From the human T2T-CHM13v2.0 reference genome, Homo sapiens, in NCBI RefSeq assembly GCF_009914755.1, contig NC_060926.1: a stretch of 64,000 nt of DNA. One strand, 5' to 3'. The position numbers and the translations under genes were made by a program. Positions 41,557 through 55,372 of this stretch are shown here, one piece after another; within the stretch, counting starts at the first letter, position 1; every line of letters starts with the position of its first letter. Under the pieces are notes generated by a model. That model was not told the origin of the DNA. It saw only the letters and a program-made list of their open reading frames with translations, and searched no databases.

Positions 41557-44458
41557 ACATTCCATTTCAAATCTTCCTTTTCACTTTGCTGTACTGTCAG
41601 TATTTCCTCATATCAGTCATTTTTTTCTACCATGTTTTTAGCAACTGTATGTTTACATGGCAAGGGGGATTGTAAATGATCAGTTATTGAAAAAGTGAGT
41701 TAATATGGGAAATAATAAAAATGACACATACCTACACGCTTCATTTTAAACTCAAACAAATGTACATCCATTCCCCAGTCCTTTGGCTCTAGACCGAAAA
41801 CCCTTTCTTAGTGGGTGGGTTCACAGATTCAAGTTTCTTATATAAACCATATCCATAATATCCAGTTTTGATCTCAGTAGAATGGTTGGAGAATGTACAA
41901 AATATTTAAAGGCACTCAATGCAACCTCCTAGATTGTTGGCAAAGTTTTCCAGGCTCTTGCTAACAAATACAACTGGCATAAACAAATGCTTGGAATGAA
42001 TGTATCTAAGTCTTGGGCAGACAAAGCTCAGATATGCTGCTGAACTTTTCAGAGAACAAATATGCAGATTTTCCAAAAGAGTTGTGTCAGTTACTAGTGT
42101 TTTATGGGACAGTGGAGAATGTCAGTTAATTCATTTAGTGGGGCTGGGAGAGCATCTGCCCTTTACACTTAATGGATGTGAAATAATTCGTTACCTAATC
42201 CCTTGTGGTTGGGGATTCTGGTGGCTTCCAGTTAAGTCTTCTCAATTTTGTACAAATCCATGATGATCTTGGGATGTATCCCTGGAGGCGTAATAAAGTT
42301 TTATGCTTGTATGTGCATAATTGTGCATGCACACACATGTCATGTCTTTGAGACATATTGTCAGATTACGTTCCCAAAAGATTGTGCCAGTTTATACTTA
42401 CTGCCATCAGATTGTAGGAAAGTGCCATTTTAATGCTCCCTTTTCAACATTGAGTTCTATAATATGATTTAAAAACCCACAAAACTTGTTCAGTGTGATA
42501 GGTGAAAATTTAAATTGCATCTTGTTTTGGTTTGCATTTTCAAATTAGATATGAATATTTTCCATTTAAAACATTATATTTCTTCGTGAATTGATGAACA
42601 TATACTGTGCTCATTTTTCAGTTCAGATGTTTGTCTGTGTCTTGTTGATTTGCATCCACTCTTTGTAAGTTAAGGTTATCAAACCTCTCTCCATCATTTA
42701 CAGCAAAATGGTAACATTATGTTTACTTCTGTCATTCAGCAAGAGTTGGAAATACAAGCTTATTTAAATATAAGCCTAAAGAAAACATACCTTGAATTTT
42801 AACATTAAATACAGATACTTTTTAGATAGTTTAAATGTTTTTTATCTTCATTTGGTAAATTAGTATGAGGCCCAAGTTCACAATAGTAGTTTGTATATTC
42901 TTGGAACTTCTTGGGTAAATGATTACAGCATAGCATAAGGTATATAACCCATCAGATCTTTTCAGCGATTGCATAATAGTTTACTTCCTCTGTTTAAAAG
43001 TATTAATGACGTGGAGCACTTTGTATGGGTCTTATTTTCAGACTCTGCTGTTTCTTTTGCCTTTCAGAAAAATCAGCGTTGAATTTAAATATCTTATGCC
43101 ACATCTATTAATAGACCCTAAATCATATTTTGCAGGAAAGAAGGATGAAGAGGGAGATATTTATGTTGAGAGTTCAACCTCTAAATTTGTCTTCATGGCT
43201 GAATTTGGGGATCAGTTATAAAGAGATATGTGTCTTTGTCTAGTGTACTTTTAGGTTATTCCATGTATTTATTAACCCAGTTATTTATTCTTGGAGGTTA
43301 TTACTTTACAGCGTCTTTTGAAACTCTGTCATTAAAAAAATTTAGACTGCTTGTTTGAAACACTGTGTAACATAAAAGGCAAATGTTTGCCTTAACATTG
43401 TCCAAGTAAGTAGCCTAAGAATTGAGATGGCTATGGATTAGGGATAGTTTCAACCTCGTTTTGTGATATCTTGGATGTTCTGCCTTCCCCCAACATGCAC
43501 ACAGCTTGGGTAGAAGGGAAATTGCAAAATTAAACAATCTCACAGAGTTTTGCAACTCCAGAGAGCTTTGAAATCCTGATCTGTAGACTTAAAGTGGTAG
43601 CAGAGCTCTTCCAGGCTGGCAGTGGAGTCCACCTGGGATAACTTCTTCACATGGATGTGAACTTTTCTTTTGTTAACAAATGAAAAAGTGGCTCCCATTG
43701 AAGCTGCAAGACCAAATTTTATTTTGGGGAGTGGAAAGAAAGAGATAAGGAATCAATGGTGTAGAGTTTGGTGTCTTTGACCCACAGAATGATACCAGTC
43801 TGTATCTTCAGCCTCTGTGTTCAGCATCATTGGCTCATATATGGTGGTGGCAGCTCTGCTTTCCCAGACTTACAGATCATTTGAGTGACATTGATCAGAT
43901 GTGGGCCATGATGCTAGAAACTCTACTTTGTCTGTACCATTTGAGCATTCCTTCCTTTGGGCCCCTGTTTTTGTGCACTGTTCAGTCTAAAAGGTGAATG
44001 GGGAGGATATTGTTCATTCCTTCACATTGTCCTTTCCTAAGCTTCCACATGGCACATCATCGTAGATTGTCATAGGGTCCCACTACAGAGTCCACTGCCA
44101 ACAGCACACTGAATCTCTGCTGCCCACCCGGGGTCCCATGGCTCGCTGGACACCATCCACACCTGGCCAGGATTGCTGTTCTGCACTGACCCCAGACCAC
44201 CTAGCTTCAGGAGGCCCCTAGAGGAGGGTTTTGGAGGAGCACTGCTTGGTCATTCTGTCAAAGTGCCCATCCTTGGATCACTTGGTTTTTCTTAAAGTGG
44301 AAAGTCAAATTATTTCTAAAAAGGAAAAAAGCATCCTATCCTGTAATAACTTTTTCAAAAGAGACATTAGATTACTATATTGTTATTTTTTAAGTTAGCT
44401 AATAAATAGGGTAGATGAATAGAGACTGTCTCTACCTCAGAAGGGTTGGTGGTGCCTT

Positions 44459-47269
44459 GCGATATTGGGAGTAATATTATTCTCCCCCCAACCACCGGTT
44501 ATTAGGAACAGTATCACATGGGAGGTGAACACCCCCTGCGATAATGGGAATTATATTATACTCTCCTCCCCTAAATATTAGGAACAATATCACAGAAGGG
44601 GTGTACACTTCCTGTGATATTGAGAGTAATATCATCCTCTTCCCCACTGAATATTAGGAACAATATCACAGGGGGATGTACACCCCCTGGGATATTGCAA
44701 GTAATATCATCCTCTCCCCCCCAGGATATTAGGAACAATATCAGTAATATCATTCTCTTCCCGCCTGGATGTAAGAAACAATATCACAGGCTGGGTTTAC
44801 ACCACCTGCAATATTGGGAGTAATATCATCCTCTTTCCCCCTGTATATTAGGAGCAATATCACAGGGGGTGGTGTGCACCCCCTGAGATATTTATAGTAA
44901 TATAATCCTCTACCTACCAGGATATTAAAAACAATATTACGGAGTGGTGTGTACACCCCTGCGAATTTGGGAGTAATGTTATCCTTTACCCCACCTGGAT
45001 ATTAGGAGCAATATTATGGGGCAGGGTATACATCCCTGCGACATTGGGACTAATATAGACCCCCCCCCCGCCAGATATTAGGAACAATATCACAGGAAAG
45101 GTGTACACTCCTTGAGATATTGGGATCAATACTATACTCTTCTCAGTTGGATATTAGGACCAATATCACAAAGGGGGTGTAGACCCCCTGCGATATTGGG
45201 AGTAATATCATCCTTTCCACCCCTGGATATTAAAAACAATATTACCGTGTGGTAGTACACCCACTTCGATATTGGGAGTAATATCATCCTCTCCACTTCT
45301 GGATATTAGAAATAATATTATGAAGGGCGTGTACACCTCTAAGATATTTGAAGTAATATCATCCTCTCCCCACCTGAATATTAGAAACAATATCACAGGA
45401 GGGGTGTACACTCCCTGCAATATTGGGAGTAATATCATCCTCTCCCCTGCTGGATATTAGGAACAATATCACAGGATTGGTGTGCACCTTCTCCAATATT
45501 GGGAGTAATATCACCCTGACCCATCTGGATATTAGGAACAATATCACAGGGGCGTGTAAACCCCTGCAATTTTGGAAGTGTTATCATCCTCTCCCCATCC
45601 CCCCGACGTTAGAAATAATATCACAGAAAAGGTGTACACTGCCTGCGATATTGGGAGTAATATCATCCTCTCCCTCATGGATATTTGGAACAATATCACA
45701 GGAGGGGTGCACACCCCCTGAGATATTGGAAGTAATATCATTGTCTCCCTTCCTGGATATTAAGACCAATATATCAAGGTGGGGTGTACAGTCCCTGTGA
45801 CATTAGGAGTAATGTCATCCTGTACCCCACTGGATATTAGGAACGATATCATGGGGGGGGTATCCACCCCCTCCTATATTGGATGTAACAAAATCTTTTC
45901 CCCCTCTGCATATTAGGAACAATATTTCAGGAAGGTGTACACCCCCTGCGATATTGGGAGTAATATCCTCTTGCGTTCTGGATATTAGGAACAATATAAC
46001 AGAGGGGGTGTACATACTTAGCGATACTGGGAGTAACATCATCCTCTCCCTCCTTGGATATTAAAAAAAATTAAAGGGGATGTACACCTGCTGCAATATT
46101 GGGAGTAATATCAACCTTTTGCCCCCTGGATATAGCAACAATATCATAGGGTGAGTACACGCCCCTTGCAATATTGGGAGTAATATCCTTTTCTCCCCCC
46201 TGAATACTAGGAACAATATTACAGAGGAAGTATACACTGCCAGCGATATTGGAAGTAATATAGTCTTTGCTCCTTCTTGATATTACGAAAAATATCACAG
46301 GGAGAATGTACACCAACTGCGATATTGGTAGCAATATTATCCTCTTTCCCTCTGGATATTATGAACAATATCACATGGGGTGTGTACACACCCTTCAATA
46401 TTGGGAGTAGCATCAGCCTCTCCCTTTTTTGGATATTAGGAACAATATCACATGGGGGTGTACACCCCCTGCCATATTGGGAGTAATATAAGCCTCTCCC
46501 TTTTTGGTTATAAGGAAAAATATCACAGCGGTAGTGTACAGCCCCTGCAATAGTGCAAGTAATATCATGCTTTTTGCCCCTGGATATTAGGAAGAATAAC
46601 ATGGGCGGGGGCGGGGGGGCGGACATCCCATCCAATATTGAAAGTAATATAGTCCTTTCACCTTCTGGATATTAGAAACAATATCACGGGGGGGGTTGTA
46701 CACCCCCTGCAATATTGGGAGCAAGATGATCCTCTTCCCCCTGGATATTAGGGACAATACCTCAGTGGATGTGCATGCCTTGTGCGATATTGGGAGTAAT
46801 ATCATCATTTCCCTCCCTAAATACTAGGAACGATATCAGAGGGAGGGGTGTACACCCTGCACGATATTGGGAGTAATATCTTCTCACTCCCTGGATTTAG
46901 AAGCAATATTATATGGGGGGGTGTACACCTGCAGCGGTATTGGGAGTAATATCATCCTTTCCCCACCTTGAAATTAGGAACAATAAAAAAAAGAAGAAAT
47001 TAAGAACATCATCACAGTGGGGGTGTAAACACCCCATGATATTGGGAGTAATATCCTATTTACCTGTTTATTAGAAATTGTATCACAGTAGGAGTTACAC
47101 CCCCTGCGATATTGGGAATATCATATCCTCCCCCCCAGATATTAGGAACAATATCACAGTGACGGTGTACACCCCCTGTGATATTGGGAGTAACATCATC
47201 TTCTCATCCCCTGGATTTTGAAACAATATCACAGGGGGTTGTACAACTCCTACATATTGGGAGTAATGT
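44459..47269. repeat. SATR1/SATR2-type satellite, ~73-bp unit, left block (~38 units)
   Basis: Repeating GATATTGGGAGTAATATCATCCTCTCCCCCCTGGATATTAGGAACAATATCACAGGGGGGTGTACACCCCCTGC. Confidence 0.93.
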
Positions 47270-48821
47270 TGTCTCCAGAATTGGCGGGTTCTTGGTCTCA
47301 CTGATTTCAAGAATGAAGCCGTGGACCCTCGCGGTGAGCGTCACAGTTCGTAAAAGCAGTGTGTTCAGAGTTTGTTGCTTCTGATGTTCGGATGTGTTTG
47401 GAGTTTCTTCCTTCTGGTGGGTTCGTGGTCTCGGTGGCTCAGGAGTGAAGCTGCAGACCTTCCCAGTGAGTGTTACAGCTCTTAACGGGGCTCGTCTGGA
47501 GTTGTTCCTTCCTCCCGGTGGGTTCGTGGTCTCGCTGACTTCAAGAGTGAAACTGCAGACTTTTCAGTTAGTGTTACAGCTCATACAGACAGTGTGGACC
47601 CAAAGAGTGACCAGCAGCAAGATTTACTGCAAACACCAAAACAGCAGTGTGCAAAGGAACCTGAGCAGTTTGCCACTGCTAGCTGGGGCAGCCTGCTTTT
47701 ATTCCCTTATCTGGACCCACCCACATCCTGCTGATTGGTCTATTTTACAGAGAGCCGATCTGTCTGTTTTACAGAGAGCTGATTGGTCCATTTTACAGAG
47801 AGCTGATTGGTCCGTTTACAATCCCTGAGCTAGACACAAAAGTTCTCCATGTCCCCACTAGATTAGTTAGATACAGAGTGTCGATTGGTGTATTTACAAA
47901 CCTTGAGCTAGATACAGAGTGCTGTTTGGTGCATTTACAAACCTTGAGCTAGATACAGAGTGCCAATTGGTATATGCATAATCCCTTAGCTAGACATAAA
48001 GGTTCTCCAAGTCCCCACCAGATCAGCTAGACACAGAGTGCCCATTGGTGCATCCACAAACCCTGAGCTAGATACAGAGTACTGATTGGTGTGTTTACAA
48101 ACCTTGAGCTAGATACAGAGTGCTGATTGGTGTATTTACAATCCCTTAGCTAGACATAAAAGTTCTCCAAGTTCCCACTAGACTGAGGAGCCCAGCTGGC
48201 TTCACCCAGTGAATCTCGCACCGGGGCCGCAGGTGGAGCTGCCTGCCAGTCCCGCGCCCTGCGCCCGCACTCCTCAGCCCTTGGGCAGTTGATGGGACCG
48301 GGCAGAGCAGGGGGCGGCGCTTGTCGGGGAGGCTCAGGCCACATAGGAGCCCATGGTGGGCGGGGAGGGGGGACACTCAAGCATGGCGGGCTGCAGGTCC
48401 CGAGCCCTGCCCTGCAGGGAGGCAGCTAAGGCCCTGCGAGAAATCGAAATCGAGCGCAGCGCTGGTGGGCCAGGGCTGCTGGGGGACCCAGGGCACCCTC
48501 CGCAGGGGCTGGCCCAGGTGCTAAGCCCCTCACTGCCCGGGGCTGGCTGGCTGCTCCAACTGCGGGTCCCGTCAAGCCCACGCCCGCCCAGAACTCCAGC
48601 TGGCCCGCAAGCGCGGGGTGCAGCCCCGGTTCCCACTCGTGCCTCTCCCTCCACACCTCCCTGCAAGCCGAGGGAGCCGGCTCTGGCCTCAGCCAGCCCA
48701 GAGAAGGGCTCCCAGGGTGCAGCGGCAGGCTGAAGGGCTCCTCAAGCTCGGCCAGAATGGGCCCCAAGGCCGAGGAGGCACCGAGAGCAAGCGAGGGCTG
48801 CCAGCACGCTGTCATCTCTCA
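47270..48821 (-). mobile_element. LTR12C-like solo LTR (ERV9)
   Basis: Minus strand starts TGAGAGATGACAGCGTGCTGGCAGCCCTCGC and ends AAGAACCCGCCAATTCTGGAGACA; tandem ~41-bp CCAAT-containing repeats; 4-bp TSD ATGT/ATAT splitting a satellite unit. Confidence 0.93.
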
Positions 48822-49370
48822 ATATCATCCTCTTCCCCTCTGGATATTAGGAACAATGTCACGGGGGAGGTGTACACCTTCAGCGATATTGAGAGTACTA
48901 TCATCCTCTCCCTCCCTTGATATTAGGAACAATATCACAGCGGGGGTGTACATCCCCTGCACTATTGGGAGTAATATCATCCTCTCTCCCCTTGGATATT
49001 AGGAACAATTTCACAGGAGGGGTATACAGCCTCTATGATATTGGGAGTAATATCATCCCATCATTCCTGGATATTAGGAACAATATCATAGGGTGGGTGA
49101 ACCCCCACTGCGATATTAGGAGTAAGATCATCCTCTCACCCCCTGGATATTAGGAATAATATCCCAGGAATGTTATACACCCCCTGTGATATTGGGAGTA
49201 ATGTCACTTCCCCCTGCTTAGATATTTGAAACAATATCACAGAAGAGGTGTACACCCGCTGCGATATTGGGGGTGATATCATCCTCTCCCCCCCGGATAT
49301 TAGGAACAATATCATAAGGGGGATGTACACCTTCTGCAATATTAAAAATAATGTTATCTTCCCCCCTCCT
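48822..49370. repeat. SATR-type satellite, right block (~7 units)
   Basis: The same unit resumes in register (ATATCATCCTC...) after the LTR. Confidence 0.92.
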
Positions 49371-49757
49371 TGTGGGGACAGTTTTTCTTCCATGCCCCCA
49401 GGCTTGGGCTCCTCCTTCATGCCACTGGGGCAGCGTGTGCCATTTTCCTGGAAGAACGCTTTTCGTATTAGTAGAAACAGGCCTTGTTTGTGGAGGAGGA
49501 GGTTGCATGGGGCATGGGATTCCAAGTAGTATTTCAGGGCCCGGGTTTAAGTCTCAGTTCTGCCATGTCCTAGGGCTATGACCTTAGGCAAAGACTTCTG
49601 CGACTCAGTTACTCATCCGTAAAGTGAAGATAACAAGACTACCTTCTGCATGGGGCAGTAAAGGTTAAAGGAGGTATTGCCTTAGATGCTTGGCCTTATC
49701 CCTGGCTAAACTTTGTTGGATTCAGAAGAGTGAAATATAAGACTTTGAAGAAATTGG

Positions 49758-50035
49758 GGCCAGGTGAGGTGGCTCACACCTGTAATCCTAGCGTTTTGGG
49801 AAGCCAAGGCGGGTGGATCACTTGAGGCTAGGAGTTGGAGACCAGCCTGGCCAACATGGCCAAACCCCATCTTTACTAAAAATACAAAAATTAGCCAGGC
49901 GTGGTGGCTCGTGCCTGTAATCCCGACTACTCAGGAGGCTGAGTCAGGAGAATTGCTTGAACTCGGGAGGCAGAGGTGGCAGTGAGGTGAGATCAGCCTG
50001 GGTGACAGAGCAAGACTGTGCCAAAAAATAAAAAA
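49758..50035 (+). mobile_element. AluS
   Basis: Dimeric Alu with a small deletion in the right arm. Confidence 0.9.
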
Positions 50036-50294
50036 GAGGGCGCTCATCACAGGCCTGGGCCTCTGTGAGAACTGGTTCTCAGGCATTTTTCAGCCATTAG
50101 AGGTCTGGTTTTCCCAGCCCTGTGAGTAATCTCTGTTTATCAGCCCCTCAGCTGCTGGTTTGGAGTTGGCGAGCTCTGGGGGTGGAAGAGCAGCCAGGCT
50201 CATAAGCCTCCGTTCCCTACTAGAAGTGGGTCTTGGCTATTTACTTCTCCCTACCTTAGGAGTGCCCTGATCCCCTTACACAGATTTAAATGTA

Positions 50295-51289
50295 CAGCAG
50301 GTACTTGAATAATGTCATCTTGCTATAACGTTGATGAGAAAAAACTAATTGATTTCTGATGGGGGCCACTGTCTGTGTGGAGTTTGCATGTTCCCCTTGT
50401 CTATGTGGGTTTTCTCTGTATACATCAGCTTCCTCCCACATCCCAAAGATGGACATGTCCACATGGTCACCGCCTGAGTGTGTGTGTGGGTGTGTGCGAG
50501 TGTGCCCTGTGATGGGTTGGCATCTGGTCCAGGGCTGGTTCTCATCTTGCGACCTGAGCTGCTGGGATGGTGTCTTAGTCTGTGTTGCTATAAAGAAATG
50601 CCTGAGGCTGGGTAATTTATAAAGAAAGGGTTAATTGGCTCATGGTTCTGCAGACTGTACAAGAAGTGTGGTGGTGCCAGCTTCTGCTTCTGGTGAGGGC
50701 CTCAGGTGGCTTTCACTTATGGCGGAAGGGGAGCTGGTGTGTGCAGATCATGTGGAGAGAAAGCAAGTTGGGGAGGCATCAGGCTCTTTTTAAAAACCAG
50801 CCTTTGGTGGTGGGGGGTGGAATTATCGTGGGAACTAATAGAGTGAGAATTCACTCATTACCATGCGGACAGCACCAAGCCATTCATGAGGGATCTACCA
50901 CCATGACCAGACACCTCCCACCAGGCCCCACCTCCAGCACTGGGGATCAAATTCTAACATGAGATTTGGTGGGGACAAACCATAGCCAACCATACCTGCT
51001 GGGCTCTGCTGCCTGAGGCCCTTAACTGAAACAAGTGGTCAATAGTCCTCTTGTTTGTTTTTATTAATCTTTCTTAAATGGATGTGCAGCTCCCATTTAT
51101 CTCAGTGTTTAATATTAGAAGTGTTTTGGTCTTTATTTAGAAGTTTGGTGATGTTTTTGTGACCAGAAATAGGCCATAGGAACTTAACTGTTGTTTACAT
51201 CAATTAGCCTGTAGCAAAATTGGTTTTGTTATACAGTGGACAGTTGCAGTTTCCAAGAACCTATTGACAATGTTAAGTGCAGATTTACT
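50295..51289 (+). mobile_element. MER6 (TcMar-Tigger) interrupted by an MST LTR
   Basis: CAGCAGGTACTTGAATAATGTC...GCCACTGTCTGTGTGGAGTTTGCATGTTC... ending GAACCTATTGACAATGTTAAGTG. Confidence 0.8.
50571..50995 (-). mobile_element. MST (MaLR) LTR
   Basis: TGTCTTAGTCTGTGTTGCTATAAAGAAATGCCTGAGGCTGGGTAATTTATAAAGAAA. Confidence 0.82.
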
Positions 51290-53261
51290 ATATATGTATT
51301 TATTAATTTATTTTGTAATTGTTTTCAGCAGCAGCCTTTATCTAAAGCTCACTGGCCTACCATTGCCAGACACGGCATTGCTAGCCATATTTTTTCCACT
51401 TTATTCTTTTATCCACTTGGAATATGTTTATGTGATGAATCTTTGCTCTACTTCAAATCCTCTCCAGACATGACCTTTTTTGCACAGTCCAGCCATATCT
51501 TATTGCTTCATAATAGCACTGTGGACTCTTCCTTAAAGTGGGGGCTGTGTTGGAGCTTGTCACTGAGAAGGGCTGGGCTGGCAGGTCACCCAGCGTCTCT
51601 CTACCCTACAATTTAGTAATTTGAAACAACATTTATCACCTCAGATTCTGTCAGTTAGGAGGCTGGGTCCCCAGCCAGGAGCCTGTCACAGGCTGCAGGG
51701 AGGGTGTCAGCTGGGATGTGGTCACCTCAGATACCACCAGGCAGGGCCCCTTTTTCTCACTGGCCTGGTTCCTGGGGGTATTTGGTCTCTCATGGGCTGT
51801 TGGCTGGAGCTGCCCCAGGTCCTCGCTGCAAGGGCCTTTCCATAGGGCAGCTTGTGAGACATAGGGCAGCTTGTGAGAACCAGGGGTTGGGGGTAGGGGC
51901 GAGAGACAGAGAGAGAGAGAAAATTTCTATTTTCACAGTCTCTCACGACCTAATCTCACCTTTAGCAGACTCTGGGGGTTAGTCGCAAGTCAGTAAGACA
52001 CAAGGAGGGGTCAGGCAAGGCCATGAGCTCATGAAGGCAGGATGCTTGGGGCCATCTTGGAGGTCGGCCCACCTTACCTCTCGGGGCTGGCCTTGTTTTC
52101 AAGCATGCTCTCCTGAGGTGCCAAGAGGGCTACTGGCAACTCCAGGCTGGGGCACCACAGCCCAGCACCCACAGCAACTCTGTCCCAAGGTGCCTCTCAC
52201 TGGGCCTGCTTGAGTTCAGTGCTCATCCTGTGGTCAGGTGGAAGGAAGGTGCCAGTAGCCTGTGGTCCTCATTCATCCTGGAGTCTGAGGGAGGGCTATC
52301 CAGAAGCCGAGAGGATGGAACAAGTAAGGAGAGTTCTCAGAAGGAGAATCTCATTGCCAGGAGGGCCATGGGTTCCAGACAGGCAGAAACAACCTAGCCA
52401 TTTCCACCAGGTTCCTGTCGGTCGGGCTGTTGTTTAGGACTGGCCTCTTTCTTACCCAGGCCTCTTCAAAATGCTCTTATTTTTCAGCTCCTAAATATCA
52501 TGACCAAAACTTGTGACTGATTAAAATTGCATTTATGATGCAGTTTAATTTGCAATGTTAATTGTTTCTGCCCCATAACATGGCATGCATTTATTCCAGT
52601 CATCATATGTATCCCTCAGTGAAGTTAGGTCACTTTCTTCTTGGCTGTACATACTTTTTAGGTTAGGATTGTTCCTGGGTATTTTATGTTTTTATGGCTC
52701 CTGTGAAAGGGACTTAATTTTTATCTTTTCTGCCCAGTTATTGATATAAAGGGAAGCTATTTGATATCATAATAGTTTTTCTAATAATTTTCATGAAGGC
52801 AAATAAGGATGAATTTATGTCTTTTTGTTACCTTGTCTAATGCAGGTCCCATCCGGTAACATTAACACTCTTCAGCACCCCTGTCTGGTCCACAGAGCGC
52901 ATCCAGCCTTTAACTCATAGTCACGATGCTGGTTATAGAGCTGAGATGTATGTGTGTGTGTCTCTTGTTCAGTTGGAGTGGATGTTGACTTTATTAAGTG
53001 TGGTCCTGAGGCACTGAGGTCAGTCGTACATGCAGATTTCTAAGGTTTACACTGTGGCCTTGTCTCCACTTGGCCATTGTAACTGTTCCCGCGTGCCTGG
53101 TAAATATCCACACGGGAGATGGATTGTAGTTTTCTTATTCTGTGGCATCATTCTCAGGTTTCTGTGCATACTTTAAAAAGTCTGTACTCCTCCGTCCTTT
53201 TATTCGGCCCCCTCTCCTGGTGTTTTCTAACTTTTCTACTTGAATGTCACCTGCATTTCAG

Positions 53262-53440
53262 TGGGCAAACAATTGCCTGTGGGCCAAATCCCATCCACTG
53301 CCTGCTTTTGTAATAAAGTTGTGCTGGGACATAGGCCTGATCATTTGGTTACAGATCATCTGTGGCTGCTTTCTTGCTACAGTGGCAGAGTTGAGTAGCT
53401 GTGACAGACTGGGTGACCCTCAACCCTGAATTATGTATGG
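53262..53440 (+). mobile_element. MER58-like hAT element
   Basis: GGGCCAAATCC...GCCTGCTTTTGTAATAAAGTT...GGCTGCTTTCTTGCTACAGTGGCAGAGTTGAGTAGCTGTGACAGA. Confidence 0.75.
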
Positions 53441-54105
53441 GGTGGACCCCTGCATTCTTCTCTTTGACTGCCCCCCGCCTCACCTCTTCTGGGCCTGGCC
53501 TATGAGCCTCTTCAATCTCAACGGCAGGACCCTTGCTTCAGCAGTTTTCTTACCAGGCAAAATTCCTGCCCTTACAGGGTGTGCACTCTAATGGGGAGAG
53601 AAAGGCAGTGGAAAACAAGTTAGTAAATTGTACAGTAAATGAGAAGTGGGGAGAGAAGAGTCCAGCAAGGAGGGCTGAGAGGAGGCAGGAGGGTGCACAG
53701 GCCTCACTGAGTTTCCTCTGGGTTTGTGCCCAGCCTGGCAGCTCCTCCTCCTGTGTGCTGGCCCCTATCCCTTCCTCACGGGGACTGGACTCTCTGCACC
53801 CCTCCTTCCTTTGTCTCCCTAGCTAGAACTGGTGCCTGACTTGGTCTCCATGACCCTGGGGGCTCCAGGGGAAGAGTCAACCTGGACTGAGTCTTAGGAG
53901 GTGCAACTGGAGGTGGGACAGGGCTGTGTGGCTGGGGGTGTTGAGGGGCTGGGACGGGAAGCTGGAAGGAAAGTGGTGTGAGGTGGGCCAGGGGGTGATG
54001 TCTCCTTCCTGAGCCATCTCTGTCTAGTCTAGGAGTTTGCACTTGATCTGTGGGTGATGCAGACAACTGCAGAATCCTGAGAATCGTGGTCACTTGTGCA
54101 TTTTA

Positions 54106-54558
<453 letters not shown>

Positions 54559-55062
54559 TTAGTTCAGCTTTGTCTAGCAGCACGATGTGTTTTGGAAACT
54601 TGTTTTACTGTTATTGCTGCTACTAATAGTACAGTTTTATCTAATATAAGACGGAAAAGAATAATCAATTTTTATTTCCATTAACTACAGAGCCAAATGG
54701 TTGGATATAGTTTTTCTAAGAAAAATTAAGTTTAGCTGTAGCAAGGAGTATGTTTGCTATTGGTTTATATGTCAATGTACTTAGCAATTTGACATTTCCT
54801 TACTGGGAGATAAGTTTGTATCTTGAGTATAAAGACTTCACAGGTAAATAAGTCCAGTGCACTCATTTTAAAATTAATAGTAACTTCAGTAATTAATACA
54901 TTTGAAAAAATAAAAGTTTGCATTTTAATGCCTGTCATCAGGTTCCTCTAGGTTATACTCTACATGCTATGAAATATAAAAAAGAAAGACTCGTGAATGG
55001 CGTGTTTCAGATGGTATAACTGTAATAATGTTTTCAAGTCAATATTTGTGTTGGTATGATTG

Positions 55063-55372
55063 AGGTTTTTTGTTTGTTTGTTTTTGAGACAGGGTCTTGC
55101 TCTGTTACCCAGGCTGGAGTGCAGTGGCATGACCATGGCTCATTGCAGCCTTGACCTCCCAGGCCCAAGAGATCTGCTTACCTCAGCCTTCCAAGTAGCT
55201 GGGACCAAGCGTGTGCCACCATGCCCGGCTAATTTTTTTTTTTAATTCTTTTAGTATAGACAAGGTCTCACTAGGTTGCCAAGGCTGGTCTTGAATTCTT
55301 GGCCTCAAGCAATTCTCCCAGCCTCAGCCTCTCAAGGTGCTGGGGTTACAGGCGTGAGCCACTGTGCCTGGC
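55063..55372 (-). mobile_element. AluJ
   Basis: Reverse dimeric Alu. Confidence 0.9.

Noticed and set aside
48146-48920. Second CpG-rich region with 100-130 aa ORFs as a gene
   Set aside because: Explained by the GC-rich U3 region of LTR12C.
44459-49370. CRISPR-like appearance of regularly spaced palindromic repeats
   Set aside because: The intervening sequences are homologous to each other rather than unique spacers, there are no cas genes, and the context is primate. It is a satellite, and its ORFs are repeat translations.
51841-51878. 19-bp tandem duplication CATAGGGCAGCTTGTGAGA (and a 15-bp one at ~10465-10494)
   Set aside because: Ordinary slippage duplications inside LTR relics.
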